Below, one piece after another: positions 48,010-58,356 of a DNA stretch of 64,000 bases. Source of the DNA: an uncultured Gammaproteobacteria bacterium (lineage in GTDB: Bacteria > Patescibacteriota > Microgenomatia > Levybacterales > GWA1-39-11); NCBI GenBank assembly GCA_964627245.1, contig CAZVGS010000004.1:22806-86805 (forward strand), in the 5' to 3' direction. How positions within the stretch are numbered: position 1 is the first letter of the stretch; each line of letters starts with the position of its first letter. The notes beneath the pieces were generated by a model that was not told the origin of the DNA, did not search any database, and saw only the letters and a program-made list of their open reading frames with translations. The position numbers were made by a program, and so were the translations under genes.

Positions 48010-49317
48010 ATGAGGCATTCGGATGCACTTTCCGCGGAATACCTCTCCTCTAGAAGAATCCGAGTTTCTCTTAATGTTTTTGGAGCATTGCATGCGGGAA
48101 TTCCAGGTCCCGACCTGAAAGAAACTGTTGGAAATTCTACTTCAGTCTCTTTTGAATTACCATCAATTGTTGTTGCCTCTTTTCAAGAAGGAGAGATGAC
48201 TCAGGCGGATAACAATCCCTTTTGGAGAGATCTTTTGTCACTTAATGAAAACGCTGTTGGAGTAAATGATAATAGACCAGCAACTATCGGTATTCGAGTT
48301 GTGGATGATAGAGTCAAAAAAGAACACACTGTGCCGAGAAATTTTCCGGATACTGTTGTAAGCAGTAGGGCCTTAGCAGCCAGAGACATCGCAAGGGGAA
48401 CAATTACATCTAGTGAGTTTATAGATCAACTTAGGGTTCAGGATAAAGGGTTTGGGCAAGCATACCCTTCGAGAGCCTATCTTATGGAAGATGGAAAGGA
48501 ATTTTATGTCAATGTTAACCGTCCAATTGAAAATGATTTATTGTCAGCCCTTTATGTAAGCGGGAGATATATGCTACCTGTTGAATATTATTTGACTCGC
48601 GGCGAGGAAATTTTTGGAAGTAATATCGGTGGTTTGCATGGCATAGAGATTGCGCAAATTGCGATGAGTCATCTGATACGAACCCAGGTAGATAGGGTAC
48701 AAATAAAATCTATGCTTAAGAATCTTCGAAGGGTTGTACGAGACACGCAGGATGGAGGTCATGTAGTGCATACACATGTAGGAGGAGCGACTCACAATCT
48801 CAACCTCTTATCCATTTTAGAAAACGTGGTTGGAGAAAACGCGCAAATACAAATTCATGACCTGCGAGATAGTAGAATGCCAGATCTGGTGCCTGATAGA
48901 CTTACCATTTTTGAAAGGTACGCAAAGGCAAAAGACGTATTGGATGCAGTAAAAATAATTGACGGTCAGGTTCTTGTTGATGTTGAAAGCACCGACAGAA
49001 TCTTAAAACAGGTTGTGTCTGATAATTTTGATGTATTGATGGCTTTTGGTGAAAGGGAATTAGCTGCCAGAGATTATGAAACAGCAGTCCCAAAGTCTGA
49101 TAACAGCGCCGAGATCGAGTATTTTGTAATACGCTCACTTTTATGGATGATAGATCCGGAAGACATTCGATTAATTGGAAAAGTAGACAGAGAATATCCG
49201 GAAAAACTAGCAGCATTTATTTTAAGAAAACATCCGGATAAAAAAGAAAAAGTCATTGAAACCATGACGAAATATGTATCAAGACAAAGCAATTTTCCAC
49301 TAGATGATAGTGAGTAG
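48010..49317 (+). CDS. Hypothetical protein
   Basis: Long ORF with no recognised motif; ATG 48010 likely. Confidence 0.6.
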   Translation: MRHSDALSAEYLSSRRIRVSLNVFGALHAGIPGPDLKETVGNSTSVSFELPSIVVASFQEGEMTQADNNPFWRDLLSLNENAVGVNDNRPATIGIRVVDDRVKKEHTVPRNFPDTVVSSRALAARDIARGTITSSEFIDQLRVQDKGFGQAYPSRAYLMEDGKEFYVNVNRPIENDLLSALYVSGRYMLPVEYYLTRGEEIFGSNIGGLHGIEIAQIAMSHLIRTQVDRVQIKSMLKNLRRVVRDTQDGGHVVHTHVGGATHNLNLLSILENVVGENAQIQIHDLRDSRMPDLVPDRLTIFERYAKAKDVLDAVKIIDGQVLVDVESTDRILKQVVSDNFDVLMAFGERELAARDYETAVPKSDNSAEIEYFVIRSLLWMIDPEDIRLIGKVDREYPEKLAAFILRKHPDKKEKVIETMTKYVSRQSNFPLDDSE

Positions 49318-49340
49318 TTGTAGTATAGGTGGGGCAAGTT

Positions 49341-49777
49341 TTAACCTCTGAATTTGGATCTAATTCCTTGAATGACCGCATCTGCTTTTGCCTTAAATCT
49401 CGCGTTAGAAAAAGAACCGTTTACCTCACTCATCATCTCTCGCCATAGTGCACTTCCTCCCGCATCTTGCGGACGTGCTATTTTTTCTTTTAAAAAATTA
49501 AGGTCCTCTTGGGAAAGCTCGAGAACAGGATTGTCAGGAAGATTTTCGTGATCTTCAAATTGGTCAAGCATGGCGCCCATGAGTTTTCCAATTCTTGAAG
49601 AGCTGTGAAATTTTGAAAGTCCTTTGAAGGATCCATCTTGTCTTAGTGCATCCAATTCTGCTTGGTACGAAGGCCGTAGGCCTTCTGCCAAATAAGAAAA
49701 AACAGGCGTCTTAAGCCTACAGGATAAGTGGTTTCTTGCACAGGTTCTATATCAGGCGAATTCTCCGGTCCATCCAT
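49341..49777 (-). pseudogene. Hypothetical gene split by a frameshift in a T6 run
   Basis: ATG 49777 ORF (MDGPENSPDIE..., 44 aa) joins the 49691 ORF if one T is added at 49697-49702. Confidence 0.55.
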
Positions 49778-49878
49778 AAGTTAATAATATACCTTTTTAA
49801 AATGAGTAAACAATGAGAAAAACTAGCGTATCCCTCCTTGTTTCATCAGCTCTAAATACATTACAATGAAATAAGTTT

Positions 49879-51585
49879 ATGGATACTGCTCGTCCATCTC
49901 TTTCTTGTGCCTACTTCTCCATGGAATTTATGCTGGAGTCGGATATCCCGACATATGCGGGAGGCCTTGGGGTATTGGCAGGGGATCTGATGCGCTCATG
50001 TGCTGACCTGCGCGAGCCAGTTGTTGGAGTTTCGTTAGTATATTCAGACACTATTTACAGGCAAGTAATTACTTCGGAGGGAGAGCAGGACTATGAGGCG
50101 CTTCTTTGGCATAAAAATGACCAGCTAACTAAATTGCCGAATAGAATAGAACTTACTATCCGCGGAGAGAAAGTAATAGTCGGGTTGTGGCGCTATGATA
50201 TTACGGGAATTGACGGATTTGTAGTCCCTGTTTATTTACTTGATACTGATTTTTTAGATAATTCTTTCTATGCACGAAGTCTTACTCAAAATTTATATTC
50301 TGGTGACTTGAGGCTTGATCAGGAAGTTTTGCTGGGTATTGGCGGAGTCAAGATGTTACGAGCACTTGGGTATCACGATGTAAAAACTTTCCATATGAAT
50401 GAGGGTCACGCATCTTTTGTGCCTTTAGGCTTGCTTCCTGAAAAGAATTTTTCTGATGAGGATGTAAAAAAACTTTGCGTTTTTACTACGCATACTCCAA
50501 TTCCTGAGGGACATGATAAATTTTCATATGATCATGCGCATAAAGTTGCGGGAGACATCCTTCCATGGCACATTCAGGATTTGGCTTCAAAAGAGGAGCT
50601 TCATATGACCAAATTAGGCATGAGTCTATCAAAATATATTTTTGGAGTAAGTCAAAAGCACGGAAAGGTATCTCAGCAAATGTTTCCTCAATACAAAATC
50701 GGCTCTATAACAAATGGGGTTCATCACAGGACTTGGATAGGGACCGAGCTTGCAAATTTATATGATAAATATTTACCCGAATGGATTCATGATCCAAATG
50801 TTTTGAAAGATACAATAGGGGTAATTCCGGATGAGGAATTATGGAAAGCTCATCAGGAAGAAAAAGCAATACTTCTTGACCACGTCAACAACCACCTAAC
50901 TTCAATTTTAAGTGATGAGGAGAAAGACAATCCTCCGGAACACATACAATTTGAGCAGGATACTTTGACCATTTCACTTGCTCGCCGCCTCGTGCCATAC
51001 AAAAGGCCATTGTTGATTTACTCAGACATTGAGAGATTACTTAAAATCGGTGAGGGCAAATTGCAGATCATCCAGTGCGGCAGGGCAGCCCCTGGGGACG
51101 AGTCGGCAAAGGGAATTGTCGGACAAATTATAGACATATCAAAAAAATTACGCGGGAAAATCCACGTGTGTTATTTGGAGAATTATTCACCTCTTTTAGC
51201 AAGGCAGTTAGTGCGCGGGTCTGATCTATGGCTAAATACTCCAACAAGACCCTTAGAGGCGTCTGGAACGTCTGGCATGAAAGCTGCCATGAATGGAGTT
51301 TTGAATTTTTCTGTACTTGATGGATGGTGGATTGAAGGATATCAGATGGACAGTGAGGCGGGATTTTCGATAGGACCAAATGATGAGAGTTTGCATCCGC
51401 AAAATGATGATAAGCAGGATATTGATGATATGTACAATAAGCTTGAGAACGAGATAATTCCTCTTTACTACAATAATAAAAAAGATTGGATATTACGCAT
51501 GAAGCACGCAATAACCCTCGGCGCCTACTTTAATACACATAGGTGCATTAAAGAATACAAAGAAAAAGCGTGGAATAAAAATTAA
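49879..51585 (+). CDS. glgP: Alpha-glucan (glycogen) phosphorylase
   Basis: YAGGLGVLAGD, HMNEGH, FTTHTP and EASGTSGMKA motifs. Confidence 0.95.
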   Translation: MDTARPSLSCAYFSMEFMLESDIPTYAGGLGVLAGDLMRSCADLREPVVGVSLVYSDTIYRQVITSEGEQDYEALLWHKNDQLTKLPNRIELTIRGEKVIVGLWRYDITGIDGFVVPVYLLDTDFLDNSFYARSLTQNLYSGDLRLDQEVLLGIGGVKMLRALGYHDVKTFHMNEGHASFVPLGLLPEKNFSDEDVKKLCVFTTHTPIPEGHDKFSYDHAHKVAGDILPWHIQDLASKEELHMTKLGMSLSKYIFGVSQKHGKVSQQMFPQYKIGSITNGVHHRTWIGTELANLYDKYLPEWIHDPNVLKDTIGVIPDEELWKAHQEEKAILLDHVNNHLTSILSDEEKDNPPEHIQFEQDTLTISLARRLVPYKRPLLIYSDIERLLKIGEGKLQIIQCGRAAPGDESAKGIVGQIIDISKKLRGKIHVCYLENYSPLLARQLVRGSDLWLNTPTRPLEASGTSGMKAAMNGVLNFSVLDGWWIEGYQMDSEAGFSIGPNDESLHPQNDDKQDIDDMYNKLENEIIPLYYNNKKDWILRMKHAITLGAYFNTHRCIKEYKEKAWNKN

Positions 51586-51697
51586 CAGTTGGGAGTCAGG
51601 AGTTGGTATTCATGCCTTTCCGCGTAACTTGATAATCGCCTCAAATTTAACTATTATAGTAGAATGATAATTGCCTTAAAATAGGGTTATTTTTAAT

Positions 51698-53875
51698 ATG
51701 GCAAAGAAAAGAAAAACTAAAAAAAGAGGCTCTTACAAAAGAAGAAGCTCGGGATTTAAGCTCAAGAAGGGTACTGTCTATACACTATCGGCAGTAAGTC
51801 TTGTTTTTACTGCAATTGCCTGTGCTTTGTCATACACAAGAAGCGGGAGCGCTTTTATCTCAGTTAACGATTTGTTGATAAATTTCTTCGGCTTTTTCTC
51901 ATTTTTGATACCGATTGTCTGTGTGTTGGTGGCATTATTTATACTTCAAATGAAAAACAGCCTTTCCCGCCCGAATATTTCGATCGGATTTATTGTCTTT
52001 ACAATTTCTGTTCTTGGGCTTTTTCAAAGCGGGATGGTTGGTCATGACCTTTTCTTTTACATGTCGTCCTTAACGGGAACTCTTTTATCAGTTATGATTT
52101 TTGCGTTGGGTATTTTTATTGGATTTGTAATATGTATGAATTTGTCATTTACCGAGATAGGAATGTTTTTATTTGATAGCATTAAAAATGCCAGCGGAGG
52201 TTTGGGTAAGGCAACCGTACCACTGCTTAAGACAAAAGATAAATTTGCAACTGAGATGAGGGAAATGAAAATTAAGGGTATTGATGACGATGTCAAAATT
52301 TCGGAAGCAAAAATTGAAACAGCTGCACCCGCAAAATCTGCGGCTCCATCTACTCCTCTTTCTAAAAAAGGCGTATTACCTGAGGAGATGATATTGAATA
52401 AACCTTTGGAAATGGGGATGTGGGAGTACCCTCCTTTTTCACTTTTGACAGAAAATAAAGACAGGAAAAGAGATACAGGGGATGTTAAGAGGATTGCTGC
52501 AGAAATTGAAAAAACACTTCACGATTTCAATGTCAAAGCACAGGTTGCTGAAATAAATGTTGGCCCTTCAGTTACACAATACGCAATAAGAATTCCTTCA
52601 GGGACCAAATTAAGCAGAATTACATCACTTTCCAATGACCTGGCTTTGGCAACCGAGGCTCCCGGTGGACAGATAAGAATTGAGGCGCCAATTCCCGGAA
52701 GAAACTTGGTGGGTATAGAGATTCCGAATAAGTCACTCGAATTTGTAGCTTTAAGAACCATGCTTGAGTCAAAAAGGATGCAGGAAGCAAAATCAAAACT
52801 CGTTGTGCCGTTGGGGCTTAATGTGTCCGGAGATCCTGTCGTTGCGGATATTTCAAAGATGCCTCACGTATTAATTGCGGGTACAACAGGTTCGGGAAAA
52901 TCCGTTATGGTTAATGCTTTTATTACGTCAATTTTGTTCCGTGCATCTCCCTCCGAAGTGAAATTTATCATGATCGATCCTAAAAGGGTTGAGCTGACAG
53001 GTTATAATGATATTCCACACCTTTTGTCCCCTGTTATAGTTGAGGCTGATCAGTCTGTGAGCGCTTTGAAATGGGCTCTTAAGGAAATGGATAAAAGGTA
53101 TACGAAATTTGCTGAGGCCGGGGTTAAGAATATTGATGGGTACAATGAATTGGCAGGCTTTCAGGCGATTCCATATATCGTGATAGTCATGGATGAGCTG
53201 GCTGACCTTATGGCTCTGGCTCCAGTTGAGGTTGAGGACAGCATCGCGCGTCTTGCTCAAATGGCAAGAGCCACAGGAATTCATCTTGTTTTGGCAACGC
53301 AAAGGCCTTCGGTAGATGTTATAACCGGACTTATCAAAGCTAATATTCCATGTAGAATTGCTTTCAATGTTTCATCAGGAATTGACTCAAAAGTTATAAT
53401 CGACGGTCCCGGAGCGGAAAAGCTTTTGGGAAAAGGAGATATGCTCTACGTTCCTCCGGATCAGGCAAAACCTACAAGAATTCAAGGAACATTTGTTAGT
53501 GACCAGGACGTAAAAAGACTAACAAACTTCATTAAGTCAAAGGGAATACCTGTAGAGTACACACAAGAAGTTGTTCAGCAGGCGGTCAATATCAAAGGCA
53601 GAGGCGGAGTATTATCCACTGATGGAGGGGGGGATGGAGGACGCGATGATTTGTTTGAGAGTACCGTCAGAATGATTTCTCAGCACGACAGGGCATCGGC
53701 CTCTCTTATTCAAAGAAGACTTCAAGTTGGTTTCAACAGAGCTGCCAGGCTATTAGAGCAGCTCGAAGAAGCGGGCGTTGTCGGACCTGCCGATGGATCA
53801 AAACCTAGGGATGTATTGGTTAGAAATGCGGATGAGTTTCTTAACGGCCCCACAACAATCGAATCCGTTGAATAA
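51698..53875 (+). CDS. ftsK: DNA translocase FtsK/SpoIIIE
   Basis: N-terminal TMs, AGTTGSGKS, DELADLM, ATQRPS and gamma domain. Confidence 0.96.
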   Translation: MAKKRKTKKRGSYKRRSSGFKLKKGTVYTLSAVSLVFTAIACALSYTRSGSAFISVNDLLINFFGFFSFLIPIVCVLVALFILQMKNSLSRPNISIGFIVFTISVLGLFQSGMVGHDLFFYMSSLTGTLLSVMIFALGIFIGFVICMNLSFTEIGMFLFDSIKNASGGLGKATVPLLKTKDKFATEMREMKIKGIDDDVKISEAKIETAAPAKSAAPSTPLSKKGVLPEEMILNKPLEMGMWEYPPFSLLTENKDRKRDTGDVKRIAAEIEKTLHDFNVKAQVAEINVGPSVTQYAIRIPSGTKLSRITSLSNDLALATEAPGGQIRIEAPIPGRNLVGIEIPNKSLEFVALRTMLESKRMQEAKSKLVVPLGLNVSGDPVVADISKMPHVLIAGTTGSGKSVMVNAFITSILFRASPSEVKFIMIDPKRVELTGYNDIPHLLSPVIVEADQSVSALKWALKEMDKRYTKFAEAGVKNIDGYNELAGFQAIPYIVIVMDELADLMALAPVEVEDSIARLAQMARATGIHLVLATQRPSVDVITGLIKANIPCRIAFNVSSGIDSKVIIDGPGAEKLLGKGDMLYVPPDQAKPTRIQGTFVSDQDVKRLTNFIKSKGIPVEYTQEVVQQAVNIKGRGGVLSTDGGGDGGRDDLFESTVRMISQHDRASASLIQRRLQVGFNRAARLLEQLEEAGVVGPADGSKPRDVLVRNADEFLNGPTTIESVE

Positions 53876-53895
53876 ATATTTTACTTTTCAATCTT

Positions 53896-54522
53896 ATGCG
53901 CAGGATCTCGGAAATTTTACAGGATAAGAGACTAGAGTTAGGGTATTCTCTGGAGCATGTTGTGAAGGTTACAAAAATAAGAAAAGAATACTTGATTGCA
54001 ATTGAAGACGGTAGATATAATGCGCTTCCGTCGGAAAGTTATGCATTGGGTTTTATTAAAAATTACGCATCATATCTTGGGATCGACAAAAATAAAGCCT
54101 CAGCTCTTTTTAGAAGGGAGTATGAAGGGTCAAAAGGGAAAGTCATTCCATCATTTGCTGCGAAAGGTAAGAATATTAGAAAAGTAGTTCTTCTTACACC
54201 CAGAAATATCATAATTTCTTTGGTAATTTTTGTGGTTCTTGGATATATCGCATTTCAATACAATTCATTCTTTTTTGGTCCAAGACTTGAGGTTATTTCT
54301 CCCAAAGAAAATGTTGTTGTCAAAAATAATATTCTTGATGTTGAGGGAAAGACCGATCCTTACGCGACAGTTCTTATCAATAGCGAAGAGTCTTATGTAG
54401 CGCTTGACGGAACTTTCAAAAAAACGATTTATTTATTTGAAGGTGAGAGACAAATCATAATAGATGCCAAAAACCGGTATGGTAAAAACACCCGAAAAAC
54501 TGTGAATGTTAAAGTGCGTTGA
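53896..54522 (+). CDS. RodZ-like HTH membrane protein with Ig-like C-terminus
   Basis: TKIRKEYLIAIEDG..LP..YALGFIKNYA; TM; directly after ftsK. Confidence 0.8.
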   Translation: MRRISEILQDKRLELGYSLEHVVKVTKIRKEYLIAIEDGRYNALPSESYALGFIKNYASYLGIDKNKASALFRREYEGSKGKVIPSFAAKGKNIRKVVLLTPRNIIISLVIFVVLGYIAFQYNSFFFGPRLEVISPKENVVVKNNILDVEGKTDPYATVLINSEESYVALDGTFKKTIYLFEGERQIIIDAKNRYGKNTRKTVNVKVR

Positions 54523-54633
54523 TGGTTAAGGTTTGTACTGATTTGAGCAGGTATGAATATCTTGATTTTGAATTTTTCACATGTTAGGCTGATAAACTAC
54601 CAGGATTAATAAAAAGATTTTGGCAGGATTAAT

Positions 54634-54897
54634 ATGATAGATACTGTCCAAGCTGTTCTTCTTTTCGTAATTGTTCTGCTTACTATTCTTTTCGTTGTTC
54701 TTGGGGTTCAGGTTTTCTATATTCTACGGGATTTGCGCCAGACAATCAGGCGCACAAATAACATTTTAGAAGATGTCGAAAATCTTTCAGAAGGGATGTC
54801 GAATTCATTTGAATCGGTTTCGGGAATTTTTGGCGGTGCATCAACATTTAAGTCTGTGGTGAATCTAATTTCTATGTTTCGAAAAAAGAAGGAGTAG
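54634..54897 (+). CDS. YoxC/DUF948-like membrane protein
   Basis: TM plus heptad helix; paired with a YtxH-like gene. Confidence 0.6.
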   Translation: MIDTVQAVLLFVIVLLTILFVVLGVQVFYILRDLRQTIRRTNNILEDVENLSEGMSNSFESVSGIFGGASTFKSVVNLISMFRKKKE

Positions 54898-54899
54898 GT

Positions 54900-55199
54900 A
54901 TGAATGAAAAAAAAGGACCGAACGGATTTTTGATAGGGCTTTTAATTGGAGGTGCTGTTGGCGCACTTATTAGCACAAAAAAAGGAAGAAAAATACTTAA
55001 AGATATTGCTGATTACGGGCTTGATTATGTGGGAAATACAATTTCAATGGATGATATTGAATCTATATTGAATGAGGAGGAAGAGGAGGAAGTGATGAAA
55101 GGCGAGGTAGAGGCTGAGGAAAATACTGAGACAAAATCACAAAATCATGAAGAACCGTCGCGAAGAAAAAGACTTTTTAAGGGAATTAATCGCAAATAA
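54900..55199 (+). CDS. YtxH-like protein
   Basis: FLIGLLIGGAVGAL...KKGRK. Confidence 0.7.
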   Translation: MNEKKGPNGFLIGLLIGGAVGALISTKKGRKILKDIADYGLDYVGNTISMDDIESILNEEEEEEVMKGEVEAEENTETKSQNHEEPSRRKRLFKGINRK

Positions 55200-55206
55200 T
55201 TGCAGG

Positions 55207-55265
55207 TTGAAGAATTTTATTACATGAATTATAGTTATTAAAACTGCTTTGAGCAGTTTTTTTGT
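55207..55265 (+). promoter_or_regulatory. pyrF promoter with leader hairpin and T-tract
   Basis: TTGAAG-N17-TATAGT; AAAACTGC-TTTGA-GCAGTTTT-TTTGT. Confidence 0.7.
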
Positions 55266-55271
55266 ATAAAA

Positions 55272-56066
55272 ATGAATTTCACCGATAAGCTGAAAAAAAA
55301 GTGGGATCAAAAGAAATTTGTAAGTATAGGTCTTGATCCGGTTGTTGAAAAACTTCCAAAAGGTGTAAAGAGTTTTTTTGAATTCAATAAAGAAATAATT
55401 GACGCAACATATGACCAGGTTGCGGTCTACAAGCCAAATTCGGCATTTTATGAAGCTGAGGGGGCAAAGGGAATTGAAGAACTAAAAAAAACTACGGACT
55501 ACATAAATAAAAAATATCCCGATAATTTTATACTTTTGGATGCAAAAAGGGCAGATATTGGAAACACAAATAAAGGTTATGTTAAGTATGCATTTGAATA
55601 TTTAGGAGCTGATGCTATAACAGTCCATCCGTATTTAGGACAAGATGCAATAGAGCCCTTTACTCTAAACAAAAATAAAGGTATTTTTGTATTGTGCAGA
55701 ACCTCAAATCCGGGAGCTTCTGAATTCCAGGACTTAGAAGTAAGGGGCGTAACTCTTTATGAGAAAGTAGCTTTTCAATCTGTCAGAAAATGGAATACAA
55801 ATGATAACGTAGGTTTGGTGGTCGGAGCAACATATCCAATAGAATTATCTAAAATCAGAAAGATAGCAAAAGACATACCAATTTTAATTCCAGGCATAGG
55901 AGCTCAGGGCGGAGATTTGGAGGAGTCAGTTAAGGCTGTTGAGAAGAACTTTATAATTAGTGCTTCAAGAAGTATAATTTTCGCGTCGGGTGGTCCCGAT
56001 TTTGCGCAAGCGGCAAGAGCAGAAGTTATCAGGCTTTCTGATGAGATAATCAAACATATTAAATGA
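55272..56066 (+). CDS. pyrF: Orotidine-5'-phosphate decarboxylase (type 2)
   Basis: GLDP, KPNSAFYE, DAKRADIGNT, VVGAT and PGIGAQGG motifs. Confidence 0.95.
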   Translation: MNFTDKLKKKWDQKKFVSIGLDPVVEKLPKGVKSFFEFNKEIIDATYDQVAVYKPNSAFYEAEGAKGIEELKKTTDYINKKYPDNFILLDAKRADIGNTNKGYVKYAFEYLGADAITVHPYLGQDAIEPFTLNKNKGIFVLCRTSNPGASEFQDLEVRGVTLYEKVAFQSVRKWNTNDNVGLVVGATYPIELSKIRKIAKDIPILIPGIGAQGGDLEESVKAVEKNFIISASRSIIFASGGPDFAQAARAEVIRLSDEIIKHIK

Positions 56067-56731
56067 ATGTAAAAAAAGAGCTTGAAAAAGTAGGGTGTCT
56101 TTATAGCGGGCATTTTGTCGGAGTAAGCGGAAAGCATTTGGCCGGATATTGCAATATAGATCCTCTGCTTCCTCATGTTAACTTAGTAAGTAAGATGATC
56201 AGAATGCTCGTTTCAAATTTTAGGGATCTAAATGTAGAGACTGTTGTTTCTCCCGCTGTTGGAGCGATTCCTTTTTCACACTGGGGAGCATATCATTTAT
56301 CAAAAATGACCAAAAAAGAAGTGAAAGGAGTTTGGGCGGACAAAGTCAAAAGCGCTGAAAAAAAAGCTTTTGTATTTGAAAGACAAGGATTTATTGAGGC
56401 CGTTAGGGGAAAAAGAGTTTTAATTTTAGAAGACATAATAAATCAAATGTTTTCAATCAAAGCAACAATTGAGACGGTCGAAAAAGCTGGCGGAAAAATT
56501 GTAGGAGTTGGTTGTGTAGCCGCAAATAGGGGAGTAACAAAAGATGCTATGAAAGTAGCAAAATTCGTAAATCTAGTAGATATTTTTTATGATGTTTGGA
56601 CACCAGAGGAATGTAAAAAAACGGGACTTTGTAGTAAGAAAATGCCTATTGTTGCAGATGTTGGACATGGGGATGAATATAAAGAAAAAAACCCAAAATA
56701 TGAAGGGGGTTACATCAGGCTCCTAAAGTAA
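56063..56731 (+). CDS. pyrE: Orotate phosphoribosyltransferase (divergent)
   Basis: GHFVGVSGKH, SPAVGAI and VLILED motifs; translationally coupled to pyrF. Confidence 0.78.
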   Translation: MNVKKELEKVGCLYSGHFVGVSGKHLAGYCNIDPLLPHVNLVSKMIRMLVSNFRDLNVETVVSPAVGAIPFSHWGAYHLSKMTKKEVKGVWADKVKSAEKKAFVFERQGFIEAVRGKRVLILEDIINQMFSIKATIETVEKAGGKIVGVGCVAANRGVTKDAMKVAKFVNLVDIFYDVWTPEECKKTGLCSKKMPIVADVGHGDEYKEKNPKYEGGYIRLLK

Positions 56732-56745
56732 AAAGCTCACAAATC

Positions 56746-57735
56746 ATGAAAAAAGTTGCGGTACTCGGTGGCGGAACAGGAACTTTCACAGTGCTTTCAT
56801 CTTTAGTAAATAAAAACTATGATCTTTCGGCACTGCTTACTATGGTTGATGATGGGGGGTCGAATAAAGTGCTAAGGGATGAATTTGGGCTACTGCCAAC
56901 ATCAGGGATAAGACTTGCTATGGTAGCTCTTTCTTCAGAGCCTTCACTTCTGCGAGAGTTATTCACTTACCGTTTTAACAAAGGAACAGGCATTAGTGGC
57001 ATGACTTTTGGAAATCTTTTCCTAGCAGCGGTTACTGACATTGTCGGTTCTCAGGAAAAGGCTATTGAGACAACCAGTAAATTATTATCAGTCAAGGGAA
57101 AAATAGTCCCTGTTTCATATGAAGATGTGAAATTGGTTGCCGAATTTGAGAATGGGTTAAAAGTAGTTGGAGAGCATGCAATTGATGAGCCGAAGCACGA
57201 CGGAAAATTAAGAATTACCAATCTTACAACTCAGCCTAGGGCAGTTATTAGTGAGCAGGCAAAAGAAGAAATTCTTAATGCAGACGCAATAATAATTGGA
57301 CCGGGGGATTTTTACACTAATACTATCTCAGATCTGATAATTGAGGGAGTCGTTGAATCAATTCAAAATTCTCATGCAAAAGTAATTTTTGTTACAAATC
57401 TAATGACGAAATATGGAGAAGCTTACAACTACAAAGTTTCGGACTACTTAAATGACCTGGCTAGATATATGCCAATTGAAAGAATAGATACTATTCTTAT
57501 CAACAATGACATCAGTTATCCAAAAAAAGTAATGGAAAAATATGAGAAGGAGCATTCAATTCCTGTTGAGGATGATTTAGATAAATCAAACTTGCAAATT
57601 AAGGCAGAAATTGTAAGATCTCCATTGCTTCTTAAGAAAGAAATAAAGGCTCAGGATGGGGACATCTTAAAAAGAAGTATGATAAGACATAGCCAAAAAA
57701 AGTTGGGAGTGGCATTGGCAAAAATTATCGGATGA
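56746..57735 (+). CDS. yvcK: YvcK/GlmR-family protein
   Basis: GGGTG, DDGGS, FGNLFL, GPGDFYT and NLMT motifs. Confidence 0.88.
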   Translation: MKKVAVLGGGTGTFTVLSSLVNKNYDLSALLTMVDDGGSNKVLRDEFGLLPTSGIRLAMVALSSEPSLLRELFTYRFNKGTGISGMTFGNLFLAAVTDIVGSQEKAIETTSKLLSVKGKIVPVSYEDVKLVAEFENGLKVVGEHAIDEPKHDGKLRITNLTTQPRAVISEQAKEEILNADAIIIGPGDFYTNTISDLIIEGVVESIQNSHAKVIFVTNLMTKYGEAYNYKVSDYLNDLARYMPIERIDTILINNDISYPKKVMEKYEKEHSIPVEDDLDKSNLQIKAEIVRSPLLLKKEIKAQDGDILKRSMIRHSQKKLGVALAKIIG

Positions 57736-57736
57736 T

Positions 57737-58354
57737 ATGACCAAAGACGAGAAAGTAAAAAAAATTGTTTCGGTTCTAAAAAAACTATATCCCAATCCCA
57801 AGACACCACTCAACCATAGTAACCCTTGGGAGCTTTACGTTGTTGTCGCGCTTTCCGCCCAGCAGACTGATGTCGGAGTTAATAAAGTGACGGAAACACT
57901 TTTTCAAAAGTACAAAAAACTAGATGACTATAAAAAAGCGAGTCTTGAGGAGTTTGAATCTGATATTCGGTCAATAAATTTTTACAAAGGAAAGGCAAAG
58001 GCCATTAAAAAAGCTGCCGACATCGTTTCGGAAAAATATGGAGGAAAACTTCCTGAAACAATGGATGAGCTACTAGCATTACCATTTATAGGACGAAAGA
58101 CAGCAAATGTAATTTTGCAGGAGGCTTTTGGAAAAACGGAAGGCATTGTTGTTGACACCCATGTAAAGCGGTTGAGTAATTTGTTTGGTTTAACTTCCCA
58201 AAAAGAACCTGTAAAAATTGAAAAAGATCTTATAGAAATAGTTGATAAATCTCACTGGCGGGAATTTGGGTTAGGTTTAATTTACTATGGACGGGAGCAC
58301 TGTAAAGCAGCTTGTCTTCATCAGAAATGCCCTTTGAATCTCTACATGAATTAA
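57737..58354 (+). CDS. nth: Endonuclease III
   Basis: LSAQQTD, LPFIGRKTANV, VDTHVKR and C-terminal Cys residues. Confidence 0.92.
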   Translation: MTKDEKVKKIVSVLKKLYPNPKTPLNHSNPWELYVVVALSAQQTDVGVNKVTETLFQKYKKLDDYKKASLEEFESDIRSINFYKGKAKAIKKAADIVSEKYGGKLPETMDELLALPFIGRKTANVILQEAFGKTEGIVVDTHVKRLSNLFGLTSQKEPVKIEKDLIEIVDKSHWREFGLGLIYYGREHCKAACLHQKCPLNLYMN

Positions 58355-58356
58355 TT

